Assembly (NCBI GenBank): GCA_038087875.1
Contig: CM075990.1
Coordinates: 8,186,001-8,250,000, forward strand
Source of the DNA: Malacoraja senta
Lineage: Eukaryota
Length of the DNA: 64,000 nt
Reading direction: 5' to 3'
Positions 13,159 to 26,352 of the stretch are shown in pieces. Each line of letters opens with the position of its first letter. Within the stretch, counting starts at the first letter, position 1. The notes below the pieces were generated by a model, which did no database searches, was not told the origin of the DNA, and saw nothing but the letters and a program-made list of their open reading frames with translations. A program made the position numbers and the translations under genes.

Positions 13159-14100
13159 AAGGTGGACACAAAATGCTGGATTAACTCAGCAGGACAGGCA
13201 GCGTCTCTGGAGAGAAGGAATGGGTTACGTATCGGGTCGAGACCCTTCTTCAGACTGAAGGGGCTATCCCACTTGGGTGACCTAATTGGTGTGTTAGAAG
13301 AGTTTAGGAGAGTCATGTTGAAGATCTCCTTTGACTATGTAGAGGACCTCCTTCAACCTCCTTCGACTACGTTGAAGACCAGCTTCGACTAGCTACGACT
13401 AGCTACGACTAACTTCTGGAAAATTTGACACCGAATAGTGGAGAGTGAAGATGACCTCCTTCGATCTCCTTCGACCTCCCTTCGACTATGATGAAGACTA
13501 CCTAAGACTACCTTCAACTACCCTCGATTACCTACGACTAACATGCCGACTTACTACGACCTACTACGACTAAACCTACCAGTAAAAAAAGTATAGATCT
13601 TTTCCATGGCAACCTTTCTTTACTCGCGGGCATTTTTCAACATGTTGAAAAATATGCCGCGACCTAGCTGAGGCCTCGAGTACGCGGGCACTACTCTCGA
13701 GCATGAAGGAGAGTTACAAAGACCTCCTACGACCTCGTGTCGACCATGCTGTGAGTATGAATCGAGGGCAAACTCGCCACAACGAGCGGATTAGGTCGCC
13801 CAAGTGGGACAGCCCCTTGAGAGTCAGGGGAGAGGGAGTCTGGAGACATGGTAGGGGAAGGTGCAAAAATGACAAATCAAAGCAGACGATGATCAAGGGT
13901 ATGTAGAGTGGTACATTGTTAGCTGAGCGGAAGGTGACAACGAGGCATACAATCAGGAAGATTAATGAGGAAGACAGTGAAATTAGTCGGAGAACTGGGA
14001 TGGGGGAGGGATGGAGAGAAAGGGAAAGCAAAGGTTACTTGAAGATAGAGAAATCAATATTCATACTGCTGGGTTGTAAGTTCCCCGAGCTAAATATGAA
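13159..14100 (-). mobile_element. Penelope-like 3' end (ORF end, UTR, hammerhead repeat) interrupted by a MITE
   Basis: ORF end IFSSGNLQPSSMNIDFSIFK* near 14035-14100; terminal repeat at 13159-13258; split at a TGA TSD by MITE 13259-13817. Confidence 0.8.
13259..13817. mobile_element. PIF/Harbinger-type MITE
   Basis: TIR AGGGGCT(A/G)TCCCACTTGGG; 3-bp TSD TGA; CTACGAC/CTTCGAC-rich interior; homologous to 47446-48402. Confidence 0.88.
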
Positions 14101-14219
14101 ATAAGACAGTGGTAAGAAGTATGAGATGATTAAATATGATAAGAACTGGGGCATATGTTCTTTCCTTTCAGACTTAACTTCTGAAGATCAGTATTGTTTG
14201 TCAGACTTTTATAATCACA

Positions 14220-14585
14220 CTCATAGACGGATACTGTGTGGAAATAGTCCTTGCAGCCCAACTTGCCCACACCGGTCAACATGTCCCAGCTACACTAGTC
14301 CCACCTGCCCGCGTTTGGTCCATATCCCGCCAAACCTGTCCTATCCATGTACCTGTCTAAATATTTCTTAAATGTTGGGATAGTCCCAGCCTCCTCTGGC
14401 AACTACCTCCTCTGGCAGCTTGTTCCATACACTCACCACCCTTGTGTGAAAAAGCTACCCCTCAGATTCCTATTAAATCTTTTCCCTTCACCTTAAACCT
14501 ATGTCCCCTGATCCTCGATTCACCTACTCTGGGCCAGAGACTCTGTGCATCTACCCGATCAATTTTGCTCATGATTTTATACACA
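14220..14585 (-). mobile_element. CR1/HER1-like LINE 3' fragment
   Basis: Reverse complement homolog of about 10585-10930. Confidence 0.85.
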
Positions 14586-15064
14586 CTCTGTTATACACAC
14601 TGTGACAAAGCAAAATATTATGTTCGAAAATATTTATTGCAGAATAAATTGATCAAATTGATTTTAAAAGTGAAGATATTTTCCCATGTTCTTTAATCCA
14701 TGCAGTCATTTCATTCTTCAATCGACTGTTAAATGTCAATACAATTAACAGCTGGTTAATTTGAGTATGTTTGCTCAGCCTTGAAAGGGGGTATGGATTT
14801 CATGTTGGGGTCAGTCTTGGAAGCTGGAGGTTTTAAGCAGTTTTAACCACCATTTTCAGTTTTATCTCATGGAGCTCGGAGAGTTTCTCCTCTTCCTCCT
14901 CTACTGCTGTCCACTCCCACCAACCTTTCTCTCTCTTTCCCCCCCTCCTCTCTTCCATTTCTCTACCCCGTCATCCTTTTTTCCACCCTTCTCTATTCTC
15001 TTTCTTCCTCTCTGCTTCTCCCTTTGTACTGTCAGTGCCCTTTGAACTTGGAAACACCGCGATT

Positions 15065-15540
15065 ACATCCTTGGACTATCTCTGACACCTATCTCCCCTC
15101 TCCTGGCCTCTCTGTCTCCATCATAGGGGACAGATTATCAACTGACATCGACTACAAACCCACCGACTCCTACCGTTATCTGCCGTATACCTCCTCCCAT
15201 CCTGCCTCTTGCAGAGAAGCTGTCACCTACCCTCAATTTCTACATCTCCGCCGCATCTGCTTCTGAGATGAGGTTTTCGATTCTAGGACATCCAAGATGT
15301 CCTCTTTCTTTACAAACATGGACCCCCCCCCCGTCATGGATGGATTCCTCACCCACTTCTCCTCTGTGTCCCATTGTTCCCTCTCCCCTCAGATGGAACA
15401 AGGATGTTGTTCCCCTGGTCCTAATTTTTCACCCCACCAGCCTCCGCATGCATCTCCAACATTTCACATTCACCCTTCAACGTGATCCCATCACCTGTCA
15501 CATTTTTCCCACCCATTTCTGCCTCCCTCTGCAACTCTTT
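15065..15540 (+). mobile_element. Penelope-like RT C-terminal/linker remnant
   Basis: WTISDTYLP..LSVSIIGDRLSTDIDYKPTDSYRYLPYTSSHP..YPQFLHLRRIC, then VPLVLIFHPTS..LQRDP; these are PLE RT thumb/linker motifs, frameshifted. Confidence 0.82.
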
Positions 15541-16785
15541 GATTCACTCATCCCTTCCCTCCCAGAACAGGCCTTTTGGCCCATCGATGACTGTGCCGAA
15601 CCTGATGCCAAGACCATCACTTATCTACCTGCACATAACCCATATATTCTCTGTATACCCATACGTCGATTGAAAGGTCTCTTAAATGCCACTAACGTAT
15701 TTGCTTCAACCCCATCTCTCGCAGTGAAAAACAATCCAAGTTTGTCCAACCTTCCCTTATACATAATACTCTGGGCAGTATTGTGATAAACTTCTTCTGC
15801 ACTCTATCCAAAGCCACCTGGCTCTGCAGTTGCTTCTGGAAGATTGCTCAAGAGAGAGCTAGATAGGGCTCTTAAAAATAGCGGAGTCAGGGGATATGGG
15901 GAGAAGGCAGGAACGGGGTACTGATTGGGGATGGTCAGCCATGATCACATTGAATGGCGGTGCTGGCTCGAAGGGCTGAATGGCCTACTCCTGCACCTAT
16001 TGTCTATTGTCTATTGTCAATTTGTGCATGCATTGAAATCAGTCTTGGGGAAGATGGGAATATCTTCCAGAAGCCTGTAATTAAATAACTGACCATGCAG
16101 GCTCATGCATGACCGTAGGTACTTTGGTGAGATATCAGAAGGCAGGTGATGCACAGAAATGATCCTAGCAAGGATCACACTTTAGAGAAGAGGACAGAGG
16201 AAACCAAACCAACATGCCCCTCATTGAGCTTACTGTAACTGAATCAAACTTCTCATACTGACGGAGATAGATACGAATGTTGGAGTAACTCAGCGGGGTA
16301 AGAAAACATCTGTGGAAGTAGAAACAGATAACGTTTATGGTCAATGACCTCTTGTCAGGACTTGGAAAGAGAGATGCACAAGTTAGTTTTCAGTAGGAGT
16401 GAAGGCAGGGGAATGATGATAGGACAGGTCAAAATGTTTTAATGGTGGCAGTAAATGTACATATTAAGCTTCTTGTTCTGTGTGGTGAGTTGTTAATGAT
16501 GAGGCCAGACTTATGTGGGTAGGATAAGAAGAACGGAGTCATTACACATGGTCATATAGTCTTACAGTGTGGAAACAGGCCCTTTGGCCCAACTTGCCCA
16601 CACCGGCCAACATGTCCCATCTACATGTGTCCCACCTACCTGCATTTGGTCTGAATCCCTTTAAATCTGTCCTATCCATGTTGTCATGGACGACACATTA
16701 AATAATAGGATACCACCTTTCCCTAAATCTTCACCACTCTGGGTGTCACGGCAGAACTGATCTGCAACAGGTGGATTTTGTATGA

Positions 16786-17080
16786 ACCATATAACCATAT
16801 GACAATTACAGCATGGAAACAGGCCATCTCGGCCCTTCAAGTCCATGCCGAACACTTTTTCTCCCCTAGTCCCATCTACCTGCACTCAGACCATAACCCT
16901 CCATTCCTTTCTCATCCATATACCCATCCAATCTATTTTTAAATGATAAAATCGAACCTGCCTCCACCACTTCCACTGGAAGCTCATTCCACACAGCTAC
17001 CACTCTCTGAGTAAAGAAGTTCCCCCTAATGTTACCCCTAAACTTCTGTCCCTTAATTCTCAAGTCATGTCCTCTTGTTT
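16786..17080 (-). mobile_element. CR1-like LINE 3' fragment
   Basis: QTRGHDLRIKGQKFRGNIRGNFFTQRVVAVWNELPVEVVEAG. Confidence 0.85.
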
Positions 17081-17463
17081 GAAGCCCAAGCCCAAATATG
17101 AAGGAAGTGAACTCTCTCTGAGACAGTAAGGCCAGTGTTTGTAGTACAACATGAAAGCACAATGAGCAACTAATTTACAGAATGAATCAGCTGCATTAAT
17201 CAACGATCAGCTGGACCTGATACTCTCAGCTGTTTTCAAACTGGCAGCTGTTTTAATTCTGATTATGGGAGCCCAGTGCCCTGAAGGCTGGCTCACACCA
17301 TCTGGGTAATTATGTCCACCCCTTTAATCGGCCTACAGAATTACAGATAAATGTATCATCACTATAAACACTTGCATTTATGTGGCAGCTTTAATACAAT
17401 AACATTTCCCAAGGGGATTCCCAGTAGTATTCTCAGGTGTAATTTGTCACCAACCCACGCAGT

Positions 17464-17767
17464 TGGCGGCACGGTGGCATAGCGGTAGAGTTGCTTCCTT
17501 ACAGCACTTGCAGCGCCAGAAACCCGGGTTTGACTCCGACTACTGGTGTTGTCTGTATCGAGGTTGTATGATCTACCTGTGACCGCATAGGTTTCTCCGA
17601 GATCTTCTGTTTCGAGACGTACAGGTTTGAAGGTTAATTGGCTTGGTATAAGTGTAAATTGTCCCGAGTGTGGGTAGGATAGCGTTAATGCGTGGGGATC
17701 GCTGGTCGGCGCCGACTGGGTGGGCCGAAGGGCCTGTTTCCACGCTGTATCTCTAAACCAAACTAAA
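17464..17767 (+). mobile_element. V-SINE (HE1-like)
   Basis: Same consensus; an older copy lies at about 18040-18297. Confidence 0.9.
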
Positions 17768-19359
17768 ATACACCAAGTGATCTGAGACATGGTTATCAAA
17801 TGCTACGTGAAATGCCTTCAAGAAAACTGTCAGGGAAGAGAGATCCGTGCTGAAGTTAATGGTGGAGTGAAGAAGAAAAGGTCAGTGTTGGGGATGCGGA
17901 GAGCTGAATTTGCAGTCATGTAAACATCACAAGTACTCCTCCACAAGTTCTGCAAATGCATTTATTATTACTCATTGCTAGTGAGTGCCCAGTGTTGGAA
18001 AAATCGTGCTGAATATTTTGTAATCATCTCCTCCCATGGGTCAGGATAGTGCGCTGCTGGTAGAGCTGCTGCCTCACAGCGCCAGAGACCCAGGTTCAAC
18101 CCTGACCTGTGCACTTTCTCTCAGTGACCGCGTGAGTTTCATCGTGCAACATCGTGCGGGCTTGTAGCCTAATTGGGCCTCTGTAAGTTGTCTCTAGTGT
18201 GTAGGAAGTGGAGCTGGTGTGAACGGGTGGTTGATGATTGGTGTGGGCCTGCTGGGCCGAAGAGCTTGTTCCCATGCTGCATCACTAAAACTAAAACCAG
18301 AGCCAAAACTCCAACCATGCGACTGGCATTTACAGACTTTCCTATTTGGAAGATGTCAATTAGTGGAAAATTATGATTGTTCTGGCGATTGGGCAAAGGA
18401 AATTTATGTGGATGTTTAATTAATCAATGGGGTTATTATTTCATTGAAATTTTGTTTATTAAATATTATTTGTGTATTGTGCTTACACATCTGTTAAGTT
18501 GCTGCAAGTAAGAATTTCATGGTTCTGTTGTTTGTAGATGAACAACTCTAAACCCTCTTGACACGACTCTTGAGAATTGTAACTCTGAGGAAGGATGAGA
18601 TAAGATGGGGTTGCTTTCTTCAGAGCAGAGGTGGCTTTGGGGAGACGTAATTGATCTGCTGAAAATTATTATTAAGATAAGAGTAAACAGGAACGAACTG
18701 TTTCTCTGATGCAGAGGGATCAAAAAGGAAGATAGATCTGAAGTCATTGGTGTGAGGTTTAGAGGGAAACTGAGGAGCATCAATTCCAGACAAAGAATTG
18801 CTCATTGTGCTTTCATGTTGTACTAAAAACACTGGCCTTACTGTCTCGGAGAGAGTTCACTTCTTTAATAGTGTTCTCAACAAAGTGTTGAGATCTGCAG
18901 CTAACTGCTGGTGGTGGAGACAGGTTTTGTTCAAGGGTTCCGGGATGTGACCCAAGGAGCCCAGACCAGTGGAGTCCAACATTGGGCAGGAAGTTGGAAT
19001 AAGACTGACGGACTCTTCTTAAAATCAACTTTGAGCTAAAGCTTTATAATACAATTGGAGATGAGGTAGATTCATTTTGGCAAGACAAAACTCATTGAAA
19101 GTTAAACAAAATGGTAACTGACCATTTAGGATTTATTGCCTAATGTATTCATCTTATTTACAAAAACATAAGGTAATGTGTTTTAAGCCAAGCAAAAATA
19201 AATTACAAGAGTTTTAAGTATTTATTTTGAGACAGATGGTAAATCTGACATAATTAAAATATGTTGACAGTATTCTCTATTGCTGCTAGTTCCAGTATTT
19301 GATGTACAGGCAGTTCTACTGTAATGCAATTGCTGTGTTCCTAAGAAAACTCGCATTAT

Positions 19360-19878
19360 CGGTTCACTTGCATCTCCTCCAACCTCATCTACTGTATCCG
19401 TTGTTCCAGGTGGCAACTTCTGTACATCAGCGAGACCAAGCGCAGGCTCGCCGATCGTTTCGCTGAACACCTCCGCTAAGTCCGCCTTAACCTACCTGAT
19501 CTCCCGGTTGCTCAGAACTTTAACTCCCCCTCCCATTCCCAATCTGACCTTTCTGTCCTGGGCCGCCTCCATTGTCAGAGTGAGGCCCAGCGCATAATGG
19601 AGGAACAGCATCTCATATTTCACTTGGGCAGCTTACACCCCAGTGGTCTGAACATTGACTTCTCTAACTTCAAATAGCCCTTGCTTTCCTTCTCTCTCCA
19701 TCCCCTCCCCCTTCCAAGTTCACCCACAAGTCTTACTGTCTCCGACTACATTCTATCTCTGTCCCGCCCACTCCCCTGACATCCGTTTGAGGTAGGGTCT
19801 CGACCCGGAAACGTCACCCATTCCTTCTCTCCAGAGATGCTGCCTGTCCCGCTGAGTTACTCCAGCATTTTGTGACTT
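19360..19878 (+). mobile_element. Penelope-like element 3' end: GIY-YIG endonuclease remnant plus terminal repeat
   Basis: 19360-19677 translates RFTCISSNLIYCIRCSRWQLLYISETKRRLADRFAEHLR*VR...EEQHLIFHLGSLHPSGLNIDFSNFK*, with a stop at 19477. It is followed by a decayed hammerhead core and the common tail. GCATTAT flanks both sides as a possible TSD. Confidence 0.88.
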
Positions 19879-20528
19879 TGCATTATAGAAAATTGCATTA
19901 TAAAAACAATTGTGTGAATGGGGAAAGTGGGTATGGGCCTAGTGATTTGGGGCTAGGGGGCAATTATATTATTCCTGGAGGATTTTCAAAAGTAAAAGTC
20001 TCATTGATAGCTATAAACTAACTTTTCTTACTGCATGCTACAAATATTACAGTCTGTACATTACATTTTTCAACAAAGTATCATTGCATACATTTCAATA
20101 GAAGCAATGGCTTGTCAATTTATATGGCCATCCACAGTGAAACTGACAGACTATTCTTGAGAGACAACCATCTGATTAGTATGGGAAGTTACAAAGAAAC
20201 AGTTTTTTATTCTCCATAATTTTTTTATTTCACAAGACAGCTTTTTTTTCTGCAAGTCAATTTCCAAAGAAAATTTAAAGTAGTTCTCTGGTTCCTGATC
20301 AAAATCTTGTTATGGCCAATTTGGGCTGCATAATATAAATAGTGTTCCATCATTCCGACAGCATTTTGGAAATACACGTTGTATCAGAAGTAGTTGCTTT
20401 GACATTTATGGATGCAGGGTCTGACCAGACGCAAGGAACTTCATGGGTCCGAGCAAGCCACCTCTGGTTAGAAAGGAACCTCTAATTGTTCAGCCAGAGA
20501 TCTGAAACCTGTTAATGGACAGAGTGAA

Positions 20529-20640
20529 GGTAGACACAAAATGCTGGAGTAACTCAGCGGGACAGGCAGCATCTCTGGAGAGAAGGAATGGGTGACGTTT
20601 CAGGTCAAGACCCTTCTTCAGACTGGTCAATGATTCAGAC
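20529..20640 (-). mobile_element. Solo PLE terminal repeat, subfamily A
   Basis: 15-bp TSD AATGGACAGAGTGAA (20514-20528, 20641-20655); core has a mutated stem II. Confidence 0.8.
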
Positions 20641-20916
20641 AATGGACAGAGTGAAATACTGGAAGGATCAGCATGTTTCAAATAAAGACACAAAGTGCTC
20701 GAGTGACTCAGCGGGTCAGGCAGCATCTCTGGAGAATATGGATAGGTCGAGGTCCCTCCTTTAGATTAATGGGGACAGGATGAGGAAGGGGCAGAGAAGA
20801 TAAGTAAGGGCGGCATAATACAAATAGTGTTCAATCGTTCACCTAACGTAATGGGAGCACCCAATATATTGCATAAGAAAAGATAAGTAAAGTAAAGAGA
20901 GTAAGTATGCATCTTA

Positions 20917-21562
20917 AGGGGCTGTCCCACTTAGGTTATTTTTAGGTGACTACAGGCGACTAGACTGTTGCCGGGGTGTCGCCTGTATAGTCGTGAGTAG
21001 TCTCCTCAGTCGCCCAAAGAGTCGTAGTGTCTTTCTGGTCACCTCTGGATTTTCAACATGTTCAAAAAATGTTGGCGACAGTGGGTTGATGCCAATGAGC
21101 GTAGCTTGACTTCTCCTGATGTAGGTGCTGATGTAGGTTGTCGCCAGATGATGCAGGTGTCGCTGGGTGATGACTTTGGTGAATTCCATTGGCGACTACC
21201 TACGTCGACCTACGTCAAGCGGCGACAGGTACCGGCGACTGAATTATCTTCAGTTGTCTCCGACAGGGTCGTAGCTTGTCGCGGGTGGAGGTAGGTTGAC
21301 CGGTTGTCATAGGTTGTTGCCTGTGTGGTCGTAGGTTGTCGTAGCTGTGCTCGTAGGTGGACTTCCTAATTGGTCGCCGGTTGTCGGTAGCTTGCCGTAG
21401 CTTGACGTTGACTAGGTGGTAGGTTATTGTAGCTTGTCGCAGACATTGTCAGAGACATTGTCGTAAGGGGGGGGGCCCAATCGCCGTTTTTTTCGGTGAC
21501 CTGCTACAACTATGACAGTCACCGGCAGTCGCCTAAAAAATCGCCTAAGTGGGACAGGCCCT
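20917..21562. mobile_element. PIF/Harbinger-type MITE
   Basis: TIR AGGG(G/C)CTGTCCCACTTAGG; TSD TTA (20914-20916, 21563-21565); GTCGTAG-rich interior. Confidence 0.88.
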
Positions 21563-22252
21563 TTACTCTCCTGGGATAGACACAAAATGCCAGATGAATT
21601 TGGTGGGACAAATTACTCTGGCATTTTGAGGCTATCTTTGGTATGAATAAGTGTCTGCAGTTCCTTTTTATTATTCTCCTGGCATCCTAGTTATCAAATC
21701 CCTGGTCTGGGACAATACTCCCAGGACAAATTGGACTAATTTCCTAAGTGTTTAAAAAATATATATATATTTGATGAATACTTAATTCTGAAATTGCTTC
21801 GAACAAGAGAGGATGCCAAATTTACAGTTCACAAAAAATGACATGGCAATACTCAATTTTGTGTTTCACCCTGTCCATTAATTTTCAATCATACCTTGCT
21901 GTAATGTACAGTATTGCATGATGGGATTTCAGAGCCCCATATCCTTCTTTTCTTTTCATCTACTTGATTTGTCAATAAACATGGATTCCTTACCCTGGTC
22001 CATTCATCATCTTATTGCATTAGATTATTAATAGCTAAAGCCCCCAGTCTGGTCACTGTGGATTCTTACCACTGGCATTCTGCCAGACTGCAAATAGCCC
22101 ATTCATTCATTCATACTCTTCATTTTGTGTCCATTATATAATCCTCTAACCATGCCAACACGTTGCCACTCAGAGCTCTATACATTTTATTTTAGTTTGG
22201 TTTGGAGATGCAGCAAGAAAATTGGCTCTTTGGCACACCAAGCTTATTTTTT

Positions 22253-22781
22253 TTTAGTTTAGTTTAGAGATACAGCGCAGAAACAGGCCCTTTGGCCCAC
22301 CGGCTCCACGCCGACCAGCCCCCCCCCCCCCCCCCCCCCCACACACATTAACAGTAACCTACACCCACTAGGGACAATTTTTACATTTACCAAGCCAATT
22401 AACCTGCAAACCTGTACGTCTTTGGAGTGTGGGAGGAAACTGAAGATCTCTGAGAAAACCCACGCGGTCACAGACAGCACCTGTAATCGGGATCGAACCC
22501 AGGTCTCCGGCACTGCTTTCGATGTAAGGCAGCAACTCTGTACTACCATGTTACCAGTCAATGATCACCTGTTCTCACGACAAGTTTTATGCTACACACT
22601 GCACTAGGGGCAATTTACAGAGGGCAATTATCTTACAAACCTGCAAGTCTTTGGGATGTGGGAGGAAACGAACATGGTCACATGGAGAATGTGCAAACTC
22701 CACACAGACAGCGCCTGCAGTCAGGATCAAACCTGGATCTCTGACGTTGTGAGGCAGCAGCTGTACCAGCTGTGCCACCCT
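22253..22781 (-). mobile_element. Two adjacent or nested V-SINEs
   Basis: Two tRNA-like heads near 22490-22555 and 22720-22781; poly(C) expansion at 22319-22340. Confidence 0.8.
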
Positions 22782-22789
22782 TAACCATT

Positions 22790-23750
22790 GACTGCTTTTT
22801 CAAAGCACAGATTTACCACATGCACTGATGCCACATTGCTAATTTCAGATTGTGATCATCTATACAGATTGTATTCCTTCATACTTCATAATCAATCCCA
22901 TCAACTTCCAGATATTAAATTGATCTGATTCCTTATTCACTCTCCCCTTCCAGTCTTCAACAATTATGGTAAACTGGCAATCTTCAAATTCACTGGAACT
23001 GAGTCATGTCACTAGGCAATTCTGGAAGACCACAATTAATGGATCCACCATTTCCGCAGCCAACTCCTTCAGAACCCGAGTGTTGGATGTAACTTCTAAG
23101 GGATGTTTAAAATCTTCAGTCCAATAATTTCTCTGCTAATTAATTTCGCTGTGCTTTTGAATGCCACTAATTCTGGTATGTTTGTTGTTTCTTCTACTTT
23201 GAAGGTTCATTAACCTCAGCTATTTTCTGTTTCCAGATTTTATTTTCTCCCATTCTCTGCTTCGTAAGGATATAGGTTTGTTATCTTTTTTAAACCCCTT
23301 TAGCACACTTGGGGAAGCCCAGTAAATCCTTACTTATTTCTCGATAGTTTATTTCACAATTATTCACCAGTTTTTTCATCAATCTTTCCCGCTGTCTGCA
23401 ACTCTCTCAATCGTCATGGTTACTGCTCCTATGAGAAAGATTCTCAGCTTCCTTTAATCTTATGCTATCTTAACCTTTTTAGTTAATATTGTTGCATCAC
23501 ATTTTACATTGGTCGGTTAGGTATTTTATGTATGTTAAAAATTACTCAATATTCTTAGAATAATTGTCATTGATTCTTTCCTATCTCGCTATCTAATCTC
23601 TCCTTGATATCTGATATTGAATTTAACTTTAATTTTGTGCTTAAGTGTGTCATTTTGAATTGAATTTAAAATTCAGCCCATTAAATCAGTCTTTCCTGAA
23701 GTATTCTGTGGTATGGCATCAATAATGAGTACTATCTCATTATGCAAGGA
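22790..23750 (-). mobile_element. Old degenerate CR1-like ORF2 remnant
   Basis: Minus frame TRVLKELAAEMVDPLIVVFQNCL near 23010-23085 matches the CR1 pre-RT motif PRVLKEVAxEIxxxLxxIFQxSL; boundaries approximate. Confidence 0.55.
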
Positions 23751-23924
23751 AAGATTTAAAATAATCCATTGGTACCATGAAGAAGGACTAGGATTTTTCA
23801 AACTAGTTCCCCAAAACAGTGTTTGCCATTTTGATTTGTCCAGTGTTCATAAAGATCAAAGTTCAGCATGATTATTACATTAATTTGTTATAAGAATTTC
23901 TTATTGTTGGATTAATATTCTGTC

Positions 23925-24401
23925 CCCCGGGATGGCGGGACTGTCATATGAGGAAAGATTGAAAAGACGAGGCTTGTATTCACTAGAGTTTAGAAGAATG
24001 AGGGGGGATCTTATAGAAACAAATAAAATTATAAAAGGACTGGACAAGCTAGATGCAGGAAAAATGTTTCCAATGTTGGGCGAGTCCAGAACCAGGGGCC
24101 ACAGTCTTAGAATAAAGGGGAGGCCATTTAAAACTGAGGTGAGAAAAAACGTTTTCACCCAGAGAGTTGTGAATTTGTGGAATTCCCTGCCACAGAGGGC
24201 AGTGGAGGCCAAATCACTGGATGGATTTAAGAGAGAGTTAGATAGAACTCTAGGGGCTAGTGGAATCAAGGGATATGGGGAGAAGGCATGCACGGGTTAT
24301 TGATTGGGGACGATCAGCCATGATCGCAATGAATGGCAGTGCTGGCTCGAAGGGCTGAATGGCCTCCTCCTGCACCTATTTTCTATGTTTCTATGTTTCT
24401 A
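23925..24401 (+). mobile_element. CR1/HER1-like LINE 3' fragment
   Basis: GLSYEERLKRRGLYSLEFRRMRGDLIETNKI..TRGHSL..FTQRVVNLWNSLP; (TCTATGTT)n tail. Confidence 0.92.
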
Positions 24402-24714
24402 TTAATTGCCGTGGTTGAGGGTCCCATAACTAATCTCACTTGTTATAGAGCTGGACAGCACAGAAACAGGCCCTTCAGCCCACCTAGTGCATTTTGACCA
24501 AGTAGGCATATTGGGTTAGTCCCATTTGCCTGCATTTAGCCCATAATCAACTATATCCTCTCTTTCCACATATCTGTCCAAATGTCTTTGGGGTTTTTTA
24601 TCCCTTGTTGCTTTTTATGTCCATGCAGTCAATTTCCTGGTATACAAAATCAAGATCAACCCTCATGATTGTTTTTGATTCATCCTTTGTTATAAGGGCT
24701 ACACTCTACCACCT

Positions 24715-24935
24715 TCGGGTAGATGCACAGAGTCTCTTGCCCAGAGTAGGGGAATCGAGGACCAGAGGACATAGGTTCAAGGTGAACGGGAAAAGATTTA
24801 ACAGGAATCTGAGGGGTAACTTTTTCATGCATAGGGTAGGTGGGTGTATGGAACACACTGCTAGAGGAGGTAGTTGAGGCAGGGATTATCCCAACATTTA
24901 AGAAACAGTTAGACAGGTACATGGATAGGACAGGT
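24715..24935 (+). mobile_element. CR1/HER1-like fragment
   Basis: RVDAQSLLPRVGESRTRGHRFKV. Confidence 0.85.
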
Positions 24936-25329
24936 GATAGATTCATCATGTTGGTTCTTCCGATTAATTTTGAATTTTCTTCCCTTTCAAACATTGACAT
25001 AGTTCTCTGCTTCGACTGTATTCGGCAAGATGAAAGAGTTTCTCAAGATTGACGTTGCCTGGTTCATTTAGACTCTTAAGAGCGGCGGCCATTTTATTTC
25101 TCAACCTGTTTTGTTTTGGCAGGTTATATTTCATTGTAAATTGTCCCTGGATAGTAAGTGGATCATAAAATCTGGCTGCCGTTGATGGGAATGTGGGGAG
25201 AATAGGTCTTAGAAAAAAGTAACAGGAATAGAATTGGTCTGTGAGCCAACAGATTTAAGGGCCAAATGGCCTTCCTCTATGTGCAGAAAATGATGAAACA
25301 GGGGGTTAGAACATTAGATGCTCACCAGC

Positions 25330-25635
25330 ATAGGCAGCACAATGTCTCAGCTTGTAAAGCTGCTACCTCCCAGCACCAGGGACCTGGGTTCGATCCTGAC
25401 CTCAGGTGCTGTCTGTGTGGAGTCTCCTGTATGTTTCTCCCGGGTTCTCCGGTTTCCTCCCACATCTCAACGACCTACAGGTTTGTAGGGTAATTGGCCT
25501 TTGTAAAACTACCCCTAATGTGTAGGGAGTAGATGAGAAAGTGGGATACCGTGGAATGTAGTGTGAATGAGTGATTGAAGGTTGGCGTGGACTCGGTGGG
25601 CCGAAGGGCCTGTTTCCATGCTGCATCTCTAAACG
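25330..25635 (+). mobile_element. V-SINE
   Basis: B-box GGTTCGATCC, V-domain, tail. Confidence 0.85.
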
Positions 25636-26049
25636 TAACACAATCCAACTCCCCCAGCCATCAATCACTCAAGTTGTTTTCTTCCACATCCTTTCAAAAC
25701 TCCAGCACCCCCCTGGTGCTGCGGAAAATTGTGTATTGCAAATCTATTTGTACTGATGATTTAGAGAGCAAGGTGATTACTTCACTATTTTTGTTCAATG
25801 CTGACCTTTAACTGAATTCCAGCATCTGTTTTATTTCACTCGGTGCCACTGAGAATTGCTGTAATGCCTTCAATTTACTTTCAATTGGGACTCCGAGATC
25901 TCTCATTTCCCACACACCCTGGACGAAACTTGCTGGGAGATGCTGGCAGTTCCACACACAACTCTGCACGGAGTCCAAATGATGAGCTTGAACTTGTTGA
26001 CATCCGCAAAACAACAGCAGATGTTGGTACGGATCCACAAGCCCACTCA

Positions 26050-26352
26050 TTTAGTTTAGTTTAGAGATAGAGCATGGAAACTGGCTCTTTGGCCCACCAA
26101 GTCCACACCGTCCAGCGATCACCCGTTCACACCAGTTCTATCCTACACACTAGGGACAATTTACAGAAGCCAAATAACCTGCAAACCCGCATGTCTTTGG
26201 AACATGGGAGGAAACCGGAGCAGCTGGAGTAAACCCACGTGGTCACAGGGAGAACGTACAGACTTCGTTCAGATAGCACCCGTAGACAGGATCGAACCTG
26301 GGTCTCTGACACTGTGAAGCAGCAACCCTACCGCTGCACCACTGGGCCACCC
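26050..26352 (-). mobile_element. V-SINE
   Basis: Same consensus; further copies at about 26951-27210 (+), 28310-28530 (-), 28820-29211 (-) and 29900-30205 (-). Confidence 0.88.

Noticed and set aside
19360..19677. GIY-YIG as an intact or domesticated nuclease gene
   Set aside because: In-frame stop at 19477, YIG changed to YIS, no start codon, and directly attached to the PLE terminal repeat.
23932..24303. Recurrent TRGH..FFTQRVVNLWNSLP ORFs as a gene family
   Set aside because: C-termini of 5'-truncated CR1 ORF2; none has a complete RT.
25843..26064. Protein-like 73-aa ORF in unique DNA
   Set aside because: No recognisable homology or convincing splice-site pair; runs into a SINE tail.
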